Below, one piece after another: positions 11,386 through 24,429 of a stretch of 64,000 bases of DNA. The stretch spans positions 31,938-95,937 of the forward strand of contig JAQGDQ010000787.1 in the NCBI GenBank assembly GCA_030141605.1, written 5' to 3'. The position numbers were made by a program, and so were the translations under genes. The notes below the pieces were generated by a model, which was not told the DNA's origin, did not search any database, and saw only the letters and a program-made list of their open reading frames with translations. Source of the stretch: Tubiluchus corallicola (lineage: Eukaryota > Animalia > Priapulida). Every line of letters starts with the position of its first letter. Position 1 is the stretch's first letter.

Positions 11386-12688
11386 CAGGGCACTTTATTT
11401 ATGACTTTTCTTGCAAAATAGTCATAAATAGTCATAAATAAGATTTCAAATTTGTCATAAATAACGAAAGAAAAATAATCACTTCCCGAAGAATGGAACA
11501 AAAAATTCAGTACAGAAAACTGTTTCCACCGTCTCTCTCTCTCTCCCACACACACAGGCAGTCCATAAGAAGCTTGCGCGTGACTGTTTGGTGGACTAAC
11601 ACAGTAACTGAGACTGTCTAACTGATGCGTTTATCTGTCATTAACTCGTCTAGAAGCAACCTAAATAATAAAAAGTAAATGAGCGCGTTACCGCGAAAAA
11701 ATAAATAGGCACCGACAGAATTCTCCATCGAAAATTTGAATTAAAGACAGCTTACCTATTTTAATGTCCTAAAGTTCTACCGCCTCAAACCTACGCTCTG
11801 CACAATAACAGAAATCTACACTTCTAATTCTTTTCTTTGCACGTTCATTTCAGTGCCTTTCTCATCCTAACGGCGTTAGGGGTGAGCATTCTCTACCAGA
11901 AAGCGAATTCGAATCGAACCGAATTTGTGACTTTCGAATTCGAATCGAACCGAACTTCGATGCTCACCCCTAAGCGGCGTAAGTCAATGGCTTGGGTGTA
12001 GGTTTTAGCTCGAGTTTGCCGCAAGCGTTTCCCGTGCCTTACTGCCTCATCCTCAAGAAATAAGAATAATGCCGTCTGCTAGAATTTGAGCATATTTTAT
12101 CTTTGGGAGAATTTGCTGCTTCATTGTCATTAAAATTTAACTGTTTTTCTTGTTTAGTTATTTTGCTTAATGCAATTTTAATTAGAAAACATACGTGACG
12201 GTTCCCTAGAAAGATGTAATAGCCAATAGTATTTTCCAACATTAAATTTAAAATCGATATTTAAAAAAATACATTATTTACTTGTACTAATTGTGGCTAC
12301 GAATTGTGACTGTACGAATTAATTAATAGATTGATTTTTATGAGCAGTAATTTTATAGGTCATCCTAAACAAATTAAAACCGATACTATAATTATTATAA
12401 ACACGATCACGGATTTCAGTCTGGAGGGATGCCTGCATGCAAAACAATACGAGAAACTTCAGGCCTTGGAATGATGAAAGTAGACATTTTTATTACATTT
12501 TAATGTAATGAAGAACGAAGAAAGGCAAAATACAAGATTCTGATTAAAAATATGTATTTCTTTTAGCTCAGGATGGCATTTTTGGTCAAAATTTGACACG
12601 TCATAAATAGTCATAAATAAAATCTGAAATTAGTATTAAATAAGCTATTTATGCAATTTATGACTAAAGTCATAAATAAAGTGCCCTG
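11386..12688. mobile_element. hAT-like non-autonomous element (middle of the nest)
   Basis: 23-bp TIR CAGGGCACTTTATTTATGACTTT / AAAGTCATAAATAAAGTGCCCTG, GTCATAAATA subterminal repeats, and flanks sharing TATATG. Confidence 0.8.
11877..11972 (+). mobile_element. 96-bp minimal hAT MITE (inner element of the nest)
   Basis: TIR TAGGGGTGAGCAT / ATGCTCACCCCTA with an 8-bp TSD AACGGCGT/AGCGGCGT (1 mismatch). Confidence 0.85.
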
Positions 12689-13217
12689 TTATATGTAATT
12701 GATAATGGCCACATAAAAACTAGGTAAATAGTGTTTCTAATACACCACTAGTAATTGTTTCAACTGCTCATTACATAAGCAACCATAAATTCACAATAGA
12801 TTTGAGCGGGACAGAACTACCAGCCTAGGTCGCCATAATTTCTTGATACGCCCCTATGTAGTCTTTCACTACTCTACTCGATGTGCTGTACTTAATCATT
12901 CACTTTATTAATTAAGGTTCAGTCAGCCAAGGTCTGATGAAGCTAGCAGATTAGAAATTCCTCAATGCGTCAGATTACCCAATGAGGAAATGGAAATTAA
13001 AAGCGACAAAAACGTACACTACATATAGACATGGATTAGCAAATATGTTAATATAAAAATATCATAAGCTAATATTACCTGTAAGTCAGAGAAAATTAAT
13101 AGACCTGCGTACACACAATTAACTATTGTATGTAAAACTAAAATCATAATATATTGTGCAAAAACCATTAGATATCAATTCAAAAGTCACTGCTTTATGT
13201 CCACATTAAATTTTTAA

Positions 13218-13551
13218 CCCTTTCATATCCGTTGTATCCCGTGGGATACGAGAATATTTTCTGCCTTTAAAATTAATAAAATTTTAAAACTGACAGTCAT
13301 TTGATCTGTTAATAGTTATTTTGATTTAAGCCAATAAAGGTAAACTAAAAATGGTGATAAAATGGCAAACTAGAAAGTCTTACATAGCATAAAAAACTGT
13401 GCAAGGTACAGTACTTTAGAGACGACTTTGTACAGATCAGCATAGCGTGCATACTGAATGTCTTAAATACTTTAAAAAATTATCAGCAGTTGCAAAATGA
13501 AGCACGTTTTATGCTTTTGTTGTGTTTTTAAAAAAGTCGGGACTGAAAGGG
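13218..13551 (+). mobile_element. piggyBac-type MITE
   Basis: TTAA|CCCTTTCA...TGAAAGGG|TTAA. Homologous copies at 19859 and 62131. Confidence 0.85.
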
Positions 13552-13788
13552 TTAATTAACTAAAAAGGCTACTTTATAGCGTCTTCGTTGTCAGAAGTCA
13601 AGCAAAGCTTAAAAACAAAATAGTCATTAATCGTTGCACGCTGATAGTTTGGACAGGACATGGAAACCAATTGAGTTTCGGTCCATAAGGTCAAAGGTTA
13701 AGTTTAATTTTAAAATTATGTGACGTCATGTGAGGGCGAGGGGAGGCCTCTCTCTTGTGTGTCCTGCAGAATATTAACCCATCGCTAC

Positions 13789-14420
13789 TAGGGGTGAGTT
13801 TTTCCTACCAGACAGCGAATTCGAATCGAATTTGTGACTTTTGAATTTGAATCGAACTAAACTTCAGTATTTCGAATACGAATCGAATTCGAATTGAGAT
13901 CGAAAGATTTTAGAACAAGTTTTCGAACCACCAACAAAAATTAGTCTTACAAAGATCATGCTATTAGGGGTGAGTTCTTTCTACCAGACAGCGAATTCGA
14001 ATCGAATTTGCGACTTTTGAATTTGAATCGAACTAAAGTTCAGTAGTTCGAATACGAATCGAATTCGAATTGAGATCGAAAGATTTTAGAACAAGTTTTC
14101 GAACCACCAACAAAAATTAGTCTTACAAAGATCATGCACATTAAAAGACTTTCTTCTGGGGTAAAACTACTAATATTTTGTTTAAGAATTGTGCACAGAA
14201 ATCACAGCTAAATTAAACTAATTGCATGATGCATTAAGCGAATTAGCGATGATAAAAATTAACTTTAATGATAAACTTTAATGTGGTTTAACTTTTAAAA
14301 CTTTAAAAACATATGTGGTTGAAGTGCTGAATAATTTGAATCTATAATTTTATGTTCGAATCGTTTTCTAACTAAAAAAACTCGTTCAAATCGAACTTGA
14401 ACGTTCGATGCTCACCCCTA
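13789..14420 (+). mobile_element. hAT MITE (TAGGGGTGAG family) with its first ~172 bp duplicated in tandem
   Basis: TIR starts at 13789 and again at 13965, and ends CTCACCCCTA at 14420. Flanks ATCGCTAC/ATCGATTC look like a decayed 8-bp TSD. Confidence 0.8.
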
Positions 14421-15699
14421 ATCGATTCTAATAAGTCAAAATGAATGCAACGAAGTAAAGACAACTGCTGATCATGAGTGAATTCAAAGATCATCAACGG
14501 GTGCCATATGGAGACGAGGAGAGGAGGAGGAGCAGGAGGAGGAGGAGAGAACTATGGCTGAACAGAAGCAATGAGATGGTAAACTTTTTCTAACGAAATA
14601 TATAGAAAATTGCTACAAGATGTCGCAAAGTATCATTAACGCCCCAAGCATTTTGGTAACATAAATTGAATGTTTGTACAGGGATGGGGCCGGACACGTT
14701 ACGGTCTGTGACAAGGTCATTGAAGGCTGAAACACAGTTTCCGAGAAAAGAGATTTACATGCCTACAGCTGAGCTAATAACCATTGTATGTTAAACTTCT
14801 CGACAGTAAAATAATTCGTTGTATTGGTTGTGTGAAGCTGATTATTGGTGTTTTAGGGATGGCAAAGCTATGAAGAGTCCGATTATAAAACTACACGTTT
14901 ATTGAACATCAAACAGAATAAATATAACAGACAGTAATGCCAAGCCTCCTGATCTAGTGTGCTTTCCTTCAGCTCCCAGACTCAATCCCCTGAGCTGGCC
15001 GCATCACAAGGCTTATATATCGTGCGTTGAGGTTCGACGCCTTGACGCCTACGCTTCGGTTCTGAATCACTTGCTCTCGTGACACCACTCCTTCACTGGC
15101 TTCATGCCAGCATTCATCAATATAATTATCTATCATAATCTAACGCTTTTAACATAGTTTAACAGGTCCTCTTTACTTCGACGCTTCACTGGAGAACCCC
15201 GAGTGAAAGAAGCAGCGAGCAAACTTCTTTAGTTTGTGCAACCCTGCCGGGAGATTACTGGGAAACTGTAGCAGAGAACCGCGTAGAGATTACGGAAGGA
15301 TATTACACCAGGGATTGCATTTATTAGCATCAAGGACTGGTTGACACTTAAGCCTATGATCAAATTAAACCTATACTGCATGTATGGCGCCATAACAGCC
15401 CATTTATTATAGGGGGTAGGGTGTGAAAAATGGGAGAAATAAAATTGTTGCTCTGTAATGTAATGCTAATGTCAGTGCAGTTTATAATGGTAACTTACAA
15501 AGTAAAACGTTATCCCTTCATCATAAATTGTAGCCTGCACATTATGATAAATACAACCATTTTAAACTGACTTAAAGCTTATGCTGCAAAAGGAATCGCT
15601 GAAATTTATTTCTGTAAAAATTACTGATGTACAAAAAATGGTCGCTACTTAGGCTGTTGTATTAGAGCTGGTAAAGAATTTTGTACTGACGTCATCAGA

Positions 15700-15940
15700 C
15701 TTGAAGGGAAAGAAAAGGAAATTTTCAAACATATCTCAGAAAACTTTCCATATAAAGTCATATTATATTACTTAGCATTACGCTTAACTGTTTCATAAGA
15801 CTTATGTTATTGGAAAGGAAAATTCTTAACAATTTCGTAATCAATAATAATTCGCACTAACAGGTAAAATGATACTGCATCGCAATCCCAGTATGCACCA
15901 CTGATTCACCGAAAAACACATTGATCTTATTGACAATCTA
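15700..15940. repeat. Dispersed repeat with an inverted homolog at ~37190-37412
   Basis: TGCACCACTGATTCACC and GAAAGGAAAATTCTTAA have reverse complements GGTGAATCAGTGGTGCA and TTAAGAATTTTCCTTTC upstream of DNAH6. Confidence 0.6.
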
Positions 15941-16157
15941 AAGTAATTTAAAGGTTTGAAATACGAGATAGCTCTCCTGAGATTTGTCGTCGGTAACAGA
16001 GAAAAACGCAATGCACTTTATTCTCTCGAACATTATAATATTTATTCAGGAGCTTTTGCCCTAGCGGGCCTCATCGGCTGAAGAGAAACAGCTGGTGACC
16101 TGAGAGTGCTGGTAACACAGCACGTATAATAGGTATAGAAAACCAATAAAAAATGGA

Positions 16158-16590
<433 letters not shown>

Positions 16591-17161
16591 TACATATATA
16601 AGCAATAAAATTACAATACATATAAATAAATGTGTTGGTACAGTGTCTGGACTGATGCAATACAATAGCGTCATATTGTCAGTAAACTGTACACGACTAA
16701 AAACTTTATGATGCTGATGATCCGTACAAAAGGGTCAGCAACAATAATTAGGGATCTAATAATGTCAACGCGCGCGCACGCACGCGGCCTCATATTCTCT
16801 GAGCAATACTAGAAAAATAAACGCCTCTAATTGCTTGCACGTATGCGCTAATGATTGCTCGACTAAACAAGCATCAGCTCAGATCGATGAAACAAATTAC
16901 CGAGGGCGATATTCCCGGTATAGGCTAAGTACGATTTCGCTATCCAGTTCTAAGGAATGTGCGCTTTTAACCGGTTTAGAAAATTTACAAGTTTGGCCTT
17001 GGTATAGAGCGGGGATGCAGCTGCTTGTGTATGCCACTGTAGCTACCACACCTTATCAGTTTCACTGTCAGTACCAGCAGTAGACGGCAGGGAGGGATAA
17101 GTCACTAAATTTGCAATCTACGTGTGCAAATATAATCCATTTGGAATATTAATTTGGCAAC

Positions 17162-17210
17162 ATGAAGCTGCAGGTAGCGGGATTACTCCTGAGCGTGCTG
17201 TTCACAGTTG
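17162..17210 (+). CDS. Ly6 gene exon 1 (signal peptide)
   Basis: AACATGAAG start, MKLQVAGLLLSVLFTV, donor G|GTAAGT. Confidence 0.8.
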
Positions 17211-20200
17211 GTAAGTTTATAGTTATCGATTTATGTCAAACATTTTGCGTAAGAGAAAACGAATCTCATATCGAGTGTTGAGAAGAGATTGATTGACACG
17301 AGCTGTCAGATTAACAACGTATTTGCATATAAATCGATGAACTTTATTAAGTTGTCATACTTGAAGGAATTATTTTTGTTCACTGTCTGACGAAATGTCG
17401 AATTTCTGCAAAATTGTGTTTTCTAGATTCTATCAGATTGAATTTCTGAAGTGGCGTTTATGTATAGCATGCGGTTGCGGGCGCGTTTTCTAATACAGAA
17501 CGGTTTGCGGGAAAAAATCAATAGGAAATAGTTGCAGAAAAAGAATAACGCATACGCAGGCTGCATAGACGGGTGCATTGAAAACAATATAAACCGATTT
17601 TGTTTGCTCCGTACCCCCAAAACTCATCCGCATCTATGCAAATGCCACTGAACGCCGCATTCTAACTAGCGAGTTTTCTCTCTGACAGCTAACTTGCAAA
17701 TTGAACTGCTTTGTGAGTTACTGTCGGTAAGTTATTGCAAACTCTCCCACAACTGCTGCGAGTTGATTTACATTTACTGCCTAGTGTGAACGCCACAGCG
17801 AGTTACTCTCGACACTTTTCTCAGTGAATAGAGAATTGAGTGTCAGCTCGCGCTTACTGTTGGAGAGTAACTCACAGCAAGTTTTGCTCTGTAGCGAGAA
17901 TTGAGTGTCAGCTCCTGCTTACTGTCGGAGAGTAACTTGCAACAGGTTATTCTCTCTAATCTGAACACGCGAGTTACTGGCTGTCAAAATAAAATAACAA
18001 TCCAATCTAATCTTACTTTTCGAGTTAATTTGACAAAAAGTCTTGTTAGCTTGAACACGCCGCAACTAAAGTTATGATTCTACGGGTTTACAGTAGTAAT
18101 GGACTTTATGTATGATTTTATAACACTGATTTTAATAAATAGAACTTCGCTGCTGTATATTTAACTTTCTGTTGTGAGATTAAAGAGGCGTCGGCTTGTA
18201 GCATTGACGCTTTCTTGCGCGGCATGGCTGCACTGATTATTTGCAATACGTAAAGTTTTTTTTAACATGTGTTATTCATCAAAATGATTATTATTTTTTG
18301 GCATGATGTAAGCTACACAGTGTAAGGACCGGCTGTAGAACGTATTTCTTAAGCAAGCACGTATCAAGACATTACGACGCCCCTTGACTGATTATGGTTA
18401 ATTTCATTTGCATACCTATTTTATCCAAGTAGGCTGCACAACTGCTTGTTTTGTACTACCTTTTATGAAATAATTGTACTGTTTTGTCATGTGCCCTTTA
18501 TATAGAAAGTGTACACAGTAATTGCTTGTGGTATTTTACAAAATACACACTTTATTTGAATATGAAAGGCATTTTCCGAGGAGAATAAGAGTTTTTTAAC
18601 ACTAGCCCCTAAAATCTGGCTCCCAATCACAATTTGGCACCGTATACTGTGGCGTACTTATCCTGTTGGTAAATATCACCTGTTGCTAAGATCATAGCAT
18701 CTGATAAGTTAATATAGGTTCCCAGCTCAAGCAAGATTACTTGAAGCAAGGTTAGGCGAAGGGCGTTGTTAGAAAATTTGCGTCTCGCTTGGTCTCCTTC
18801 GCGAGCGATTATGCTAATGACAAAGGGACCAATATAGCAATAACAATACAGCAGTACCAACAGTGCAATCACAATAACTGTAGCAGCAGCAGTAGTAGAG
18901 CAGTAACAATGGCTGTAGACATAGTAACAGCATTAGTGCGATGACAACAGCTGTAGCAACAGCAGCAGCAGTCGTGCAATAACAATAGCAGTAGCATCAT
19001 TAGTGCAATAACAATAGCAGTAGTGTTATCAGTGCAATAACAATAGCAATAGCTTTATTAGCGCAATAATATTAGCAATAGCATCATTAGTGCAATAACA
19101 ATAGCAGTAGCATCACTAGTGCAATGACACTAATAATAATAGTAGTAGTAGCAGCAGCAGCTGCAGTGCAATAACAATAGCAGTAGCATCATTACTGCTA
19201 TAACAGTAGCAGTAGCATCATTACTGCTATAACAGTAGCAGTAGCATCATTACTGCAATAACAATAGCAGCAGCAGCAGGAGCAGCACAGCAGTGGTAGT
19301 GTAATAACAATAGCAGTAGTGGTAAAAGTAGCAACAGCAGCAGCAGCAGCAGCACAGTAACAATAGCAGTAGTAGCAGCAGCAGCTACAGTGCAATAATA
19401 ATAGCAGCAGCAGTATAGTAACCATAGCAGCAGCATTATCAACAGCAGCAGCAGCATTACCACAACCAATGAAACCACTAACCATTAAAATGTTGAATAT
19501 TTCACCACTTTTATCTTACGTAAAAAATGTTTGAATGCTCCTGTTTCATTATTCTTATTCGTCAGTTTTTATAATGTAATTTTTTGCACTCTATTTATCA
19601 ACGATAAATTGTTATTTTAGCTGTGGCAAAGAAGTGCTATAACTGTCAATATACCAACTCGCCAGCTGGCGACAAGGTCTCTGAGCTTCTTACTACTATG
19701 TTTGGTAAGTAAATTTATTTATTTTATTACACAAATTCATACCGCCTGTTAATTGTTTTAAAACATATTTTTATTTATTATTTTCACATATAATGTGGCC
19801 TTTGGTTAACAGCAAAGCTGATGTAAAGACCTCAGGTAAAATAGAAAATAAATTTTAACCCTTTCAGTCCCAAATCGTTTTTTTAATAAGAAAAATTTTT
19901 TGGCTTGGTACTTTTGTTCAGTATCTCCATCTTGTTTACACATAATAATTATTTTTTTCTACTTTCATTCTACCTACCTACATACACAACATTCTTTGTC
20001 ATGTGCAAAAAGTCCGACTTTTTTAAAAACGCAACAAAAGCAAAAAATGTGCTTCATTTTGCAACTGCTGATAATTTTTCAAAGTATTTAACACATTTAG
20101 TATGCACGCTATGCTGATCTGTACAAAGTCGTCTCTAAAGTACTGTACCTTGCGCAGTTTTTTGTACTATGTAGATTTTCTAGTTTGCCATTTTATCACC

Positions 20201-23200
20201 ATTTTTGAGTCTATTGTTATTGGCTTAAATCAAAATAACTATTAACAGATCAAAAAACTGTCAGTTTTAAAATTTTATTAATTTTAAAGGCAGAAAATAT
20301 TCTCGTATCCCATGGGATACAACGTGTATGAAAGGGTTAAAAGATTCTGCTAGATGCAATCCATAATAAAATGTGGCTGCATGATCAAGAGATACAAGTC
20401 TTACTTTCCTTACTTTTAATCTACCAGTATTCTTGGTGAACTTCTGAACTACTTCAAAAAGTGCAATACTGTGGTCATAGTTTAACAAAGGACTGCCGTT
20501 TAAAAGAAGAAAAATTAAAGACTCGGTCTCTAAATTGAGCACATTGATTGATATTATGTTATTTTGAAATATGGTGGACAAGCTGTGCACAAGTTGCTCT
20601 ATACTTACATTATAATAAATGGAAATATATTATGTCAGAAGAGAATGTCCTTAGGACTGCAAAATATGCTTATAAGATTTTTAGAATGAGGCAAAGCAAG
20701 ATATATATTTAATACATGACTTGTCCATTCAGGTATATGTTAAAATTCCATATTATATATTTTCTTTTATTTGATATTCTATGTAAATGAACTGCACAGT
20801 TATTATGTGATAAATTTTCATGAAATTGACTTGTAAGCCCAAGTGGGCTGGAAACAGCTTTAATAACATTTTACAGTATTAATTAACACATGAATTATTA
20901 CATTGTTATTATCATATGTTTATGTCAATAAAGATATTCAATCATTCAATCAAAATAAAGAGGTCCCCAGAGTGGAGCCCGTTAATTACACTTAGTATTG
21001 TATGGTGCATAACATGATGATGTTCGTCCTTCGAATCAAAGACGACCATAGTAACAGGGATAAAAGGTCAGTTTGGGGGGTTGTCATTCCTTTGATGAGC
21101 TCGAAGGTGACTGACTAGGCCAATTCTGGCCTGGAAACTTCTTTGGCATTTGGCACAGGTGAGGCTGGGTATTTGGACCTGTTGTTGGGCAGTGTCACAT
21201 GCCTTGCATCTCCTGAGCTTCTCCTCTGCCTCCTCAATTCTTTTCGCCTCTGCTGTCTTAGCCCCTGTGGTGATGGCACTCCATCATGCTGAGCGATCTT
21301 GTGCAAGGGTTTCCATTGAGCAGATATCCATGCTGAGCTCCTTGAGTGAGGCCTTCTGGCTGTCTTTGAAGCATTTCTTTGGTCGTCCAACCTTTCTCTT
21401 TCCAGACTCAAGTTCTCCATAGAGCATCTTCTTTGGTATGCGGTTGTCTGGCATGCGAATCACATGTCCTGCCCCCCAAACTTGTGTTTTGAGGAGGAGT
21501 GTATGGATGCTGGGGAGGTCAGCTCTTTTAAGTACCTCTGTGTCTGGCACCTTGTCCTGCCACTTGATGTACAAGATTTTCCTCAGACAGCCCATGTGAG
21601 AGTGGTTAAGCTGTTTTACGTGTCTCCTATATAATGTCCAGGATTCAGAGGAGAGTGGTGATGACGACAGCTCTATACACCTTCAATTTTGTGGGGGTTC
21701 TAATGCCTCTCCTGTCCCATACGTTGGAGCGAAGTCTTCCAAATGAAGCGCTAGCCTTGGCAATTCTGTTGTTGATTTCTGTACCGATGTTGGCAGCTGT
21801 GGTAAGGGTGGTCCCTAGGTATGTGAAGTTGTCAACAGAGATAAGTTCTTGACCATTCACTAAAATCTTTGGCGTCTAACTGACATCGCTGTTATAATTC
21901 TCATCATTATCGGCATTATCACCATTATTATTGTCAACAGCGTTGCAATAATCTGTCATTGTCATCACTGTTGTCATAGTCATCATCATCATCATGATTA
22001 CTATATTTGTGGTCATCACCATGATCATAAGCATCATCATTATTCTTGTTACCATCATCACTATCACCGTCATAATCATCATTTTGTAGTAGTTGTTTGC
22101 ATAAATTAAACAGAAGTATGTTTTTTATGATAAATGTTACAAGCTGCTGTTTTCCACTGCAGAGGCTCTAGAAGCGGACCTTGATATAAACTCATTGCCA
22201 AAAAGTGATATGTGTGCAGACAGCGATGACGGTGAAGATGTTATGGGACTCAAGGGCAACAGATATCGAACAGACTGCAACGGGGCCTGTCACAAAATGA
22301 AGATCCTCAGAGGTTAGTAGATCATTACTGGACTTGATAGATGTGTTCTGCGAAGGCCTTTATTAAGGCGCGTTCAAGCTAGAGAATATCTGTTTTCTTT
22401 TTGACAGCAGACTTGCAAATGTGAACTGAATACCTTGGTGAGTTTCTCTCGACAGTTCTTGCAGTGACCAGAGAAGTGAATGTCAGCCTCGCAGCGAGCT
22501 AACTTGGTGTCATAACCCACTAGTCTGAACGTGCCTTTGATAGTAATTTGTACACACACGAGGATTAGAAAAAAGTGATACATTTTTCGCATAAGTTTGT
22601 TCACATATTAGCTGAAAAAATACTCACATACCTTATGATATACCTTATCCTATATCTCATGTTGCCAACCTTGCGTTGCCTCACCTAATATTTCACATGT
22701 GACACCTAACATTACTTTACATGACCTCACTTCACTTCTCTTTATCTAACACTTCAGCAACTCCTCTCGCCTCACCACGCCTCACTTCACATCACCTTTC
22801 TTGTTCTCACCATACCTCACTTCACATCACCTTGCTTGTTCTCACCATGCCTCACTTCACATCACCTTGCTTGTTCTCACCATGCTTCACTTCACATCAC
22901 CTTGCTTGTTCTCACCATGCCTCACTTCACATCACCTTGCTTGTTCTCACCACGCCTCACTTCACATCACCTTGCTTGTTCTCACCATGCCTCACTTCAC
23001 ATCACCTTGCTTGTTCTCACCGTACCTCACTTCACATCACCTTGCTTGTTCTCACCATGCCTCACTTCACATCACCCTGCTTGTTCTCACCATGCCTCAC
23101 TTCACATCACCTTGCTTGTTCTCACCATACGTCACTTCACCTCATATCATCTCTCTTCTAATAGCCTCACGTCGTATCTCCATACTTCTTGTTGTACCTA

Positions 23201-23799
23201 ACCTCACATCAACCTGCTCGCATGTCACTTCATATCGTCTCTCCAGCCACCTCACCTCACTTCACTTGGTTAATATTTCTCACTTTGATTCAGCACTTTT
23301 ATCACCTTACATCATCTCTCCTCACTTCACTTTAGTTCCTATGTCACCTTACCTCACTTCACCTCACCTTACATCACCTCACCTCACTTCACTTCATCTC
23401 CTATATCACCTTAGTTCTTTTCACCTCACCTTACCTCAATTCACCTTACCTCACCTCACCTCACTTCAGTTCAGTTCCCATACCACATTTCCTAACATCT
23501 TCCTTAGTCTCTGGCTTAAGTAGTGAGTAATTCTTGAGTAATTTTGAGTATTGAATAATTATTTTAGGCTCATACTCACGTCTTCTCTTTCTTTGTTTTT
23601 AGACGATATTGAATGGGTTGCACGTGGCTGTTTTAAGAATGTTCCAATCCAAGAAGATACTTGTGAAGAACAAGAGAATAGTGGCACAAAATCCTTCGTG
23701 TGCATGTGCAAGGGCAATCTCTGTAACGGGGCAGGAACAATCAGCATCTCTCTTTTTTCATTGATTTTAGTTTTTCTGGCTCTTTTTAATTCCATGTAA
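17162..23799 (+). CDS. Ly6/uPAR (three-finger, quiver/sleepless-like) GPI-anchored protein, 159 aa; join(17162..17210,19621..19704,22163..22312,23603..23799)
   Basis: All introns are GT-AG and phase 1, and the spliced frame is open for 480 nt. It encodes signal peptide MKLQVAGLLLSVLFTVAVA, then KKCYNC...MC...DCNGACHK...VARGC...TC...VCMCKGNLCN (10 Cys), then GAG plus a hydrophobic GPI-signal tail. Confidence 0.85.
18830..19465. repeat. Degenerate (GCA/GTA/ACA)n low-complexity tract with ~30-bp units
   Basis: Repeated GTGCAATAACAATAGCAGTAGCATCATTA-type units in Ly6 intron 1. Confidence 0.9.
19621..19704 (+). CDS. Ly6 gene exon 2
   Basis: TTATTTTAG| acceptor, AVAKKCYNCQYTNSPAGDKVSELLTTMF, donor G|GTAAGT. 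Confidence 0.85.
19859..20336 (-). mobile_element. piggyBac-type MITE, longer variant
   Basis: TTAA TSD on both sides and CCCTTTCA TIR. It carries ~140 bp more than the 13218 and 62131 copies. Confidence 0.85.
21010..21872 (-). mobile_element. RTE-clade LINE 3' fragment (degenerate RT C-terminus)
   Basis: VDNFTYLGT..EINNRIAKASASFGRL..TKLKVYRAVVITTLL..CLRKILYIKWQDKVPDTEVL..GHVIRMPDNRIPKKMLYGEL..GRPKK. Contains frameshifts and ends in a short (CAT)n tail. Confidence 0.9.
21880..22082. repeat. Degenerate (ATC)n repeat related to 29670-30215
   Basis: Shares the motif CATCGCTGTTATAATT..CATCATT..CATTATCACCATTATTATTGTCAACA. Confidence 0.8.
22163..22312 (+). CDS. Ly6 gene exon 3
   Basis: TTTTCCACTGCAG| acceptor, EALEADLDINSLPKSDMCADSDDGEDVMGLKGNRYRTDCNGACHKMKILR, donor AG|GTTAGT. 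Confidence 0.85.
22775..23135. repeat. 35-bp minisatellite, ~10 copies, grading into CCTCA pentamers up to ~23470
   Basis: Unit CCTCACTTCACATCACCTTGCTTGTTCTCACCATG. Confidence 0.95.
23603..23799 (+). CDS. Ly6 gene exon 4 (CxCxxxxCN motif and GPI signal)
   Basis: Long polypyrimidine tract plus TAG acceptor, then DDIEWVARGCFK...VCMCKGNLCNGAGTISISLFSLILVFLALFNSM*. Confidence 0.9.
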
Positions 23800-23841
23800 A
23801 ATTTTTCTAGGCATTTTAGTAAGCTAGGTGCTGCCATGGTC

Positions 23842-24139
23842 ATAACCTAAAAAAGTCAAAATTCCCATTAAGTCTTAAAAAAAATTATTTTTCTTTGAAG
23901 CTTTTCACCCTCATGGACTTCATCAGCAGAAATCAACTTGATATAGCCAAGATCTTCAAAGGTCTTATCTGTATCTTGAAAGAGATCTATTTGTATGAAG
24001 GCATTTGTAAGATTATTGAAGATCTCGGCTGTATCAAGTGAATTTCTGCTGATGAACTCCTTGAGGGAGAAAAGTTTCTCAGAAAAATAATGAATTTTTT
24101 TTGAGACTTAATGGGAATTTTGACTTTTTTTACAGTTAT
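23842..24139. mobile_element. ~300-bp palindromic (foldback) MITE just downstream of the Ly6 stop codon
   Basis: AAAAAAGTCAAAATTCCCATTAAGTCT...CATCAGCAGAAAT..CTTGAT pairs with ATCAAG..ATTTCTGCTGATG...AGACTTAATGGGAATTTTGACTTTTTT. Confidence 0.8.
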
Positions 24140-24429
24140 AGGCAAGCTAGTTTGATGTATGTAGTTATATTAATCAGCTTTACTAGCCTCACTGATTTAA
24201 GTTTTAAATTTTCATATTCATGTTAATGTTGATTAGTTTTTATAGATTTATAATTTACCTCATATAGCTCAGTTGTATGTAACCTACCTATGGCAATTTA
24301 GAATTTTAGAAAGAATTTGATTAGTTTTTATGAGAGCTATTTTAAGTTATATAATATGTTATTATGTGCATGCCGCTAAGAGTTTGTTTTCAAATTTGAT
24401 GTCATGCAGGAAATTTTTTGTTTGAGATC

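Larger units (their letters stand above)
11123..12856. mobile_element. MITE with TAGGGGCGTAT terminal inverted repeats (outer element of a nest)
   Basis: TAGGGGCGTAT at 11123 and ATACGCCCCTA ending at 12856. Subterminal AGCCTAGG(G/T)CGCC occurs near both ends. Confidence 0.65.

Noticed and set aside
14474-14716. Possible small exons (ATGAGTGAATTC...GAGATG|GTAAAC; TACAG|GGATGG...)
   Set aside because: The product is low-complexity (GGA)n-derived with no recognisable domain, and no consistent gene model emerges.
14789-15346. Possible minus-strand solo LTR (TGTTAAAC...GGTTGACA)
   Set aside because: Termini are imperfect, and there is no TSD or second copy in the window.
22721-23523. His/Ser/Leu-rich repetitive ORFs up to 240 aa
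   Set aside because: They arise from the stop-free 35-bp minisatellite inside Ly6 intron 3 and are open in all three frames.
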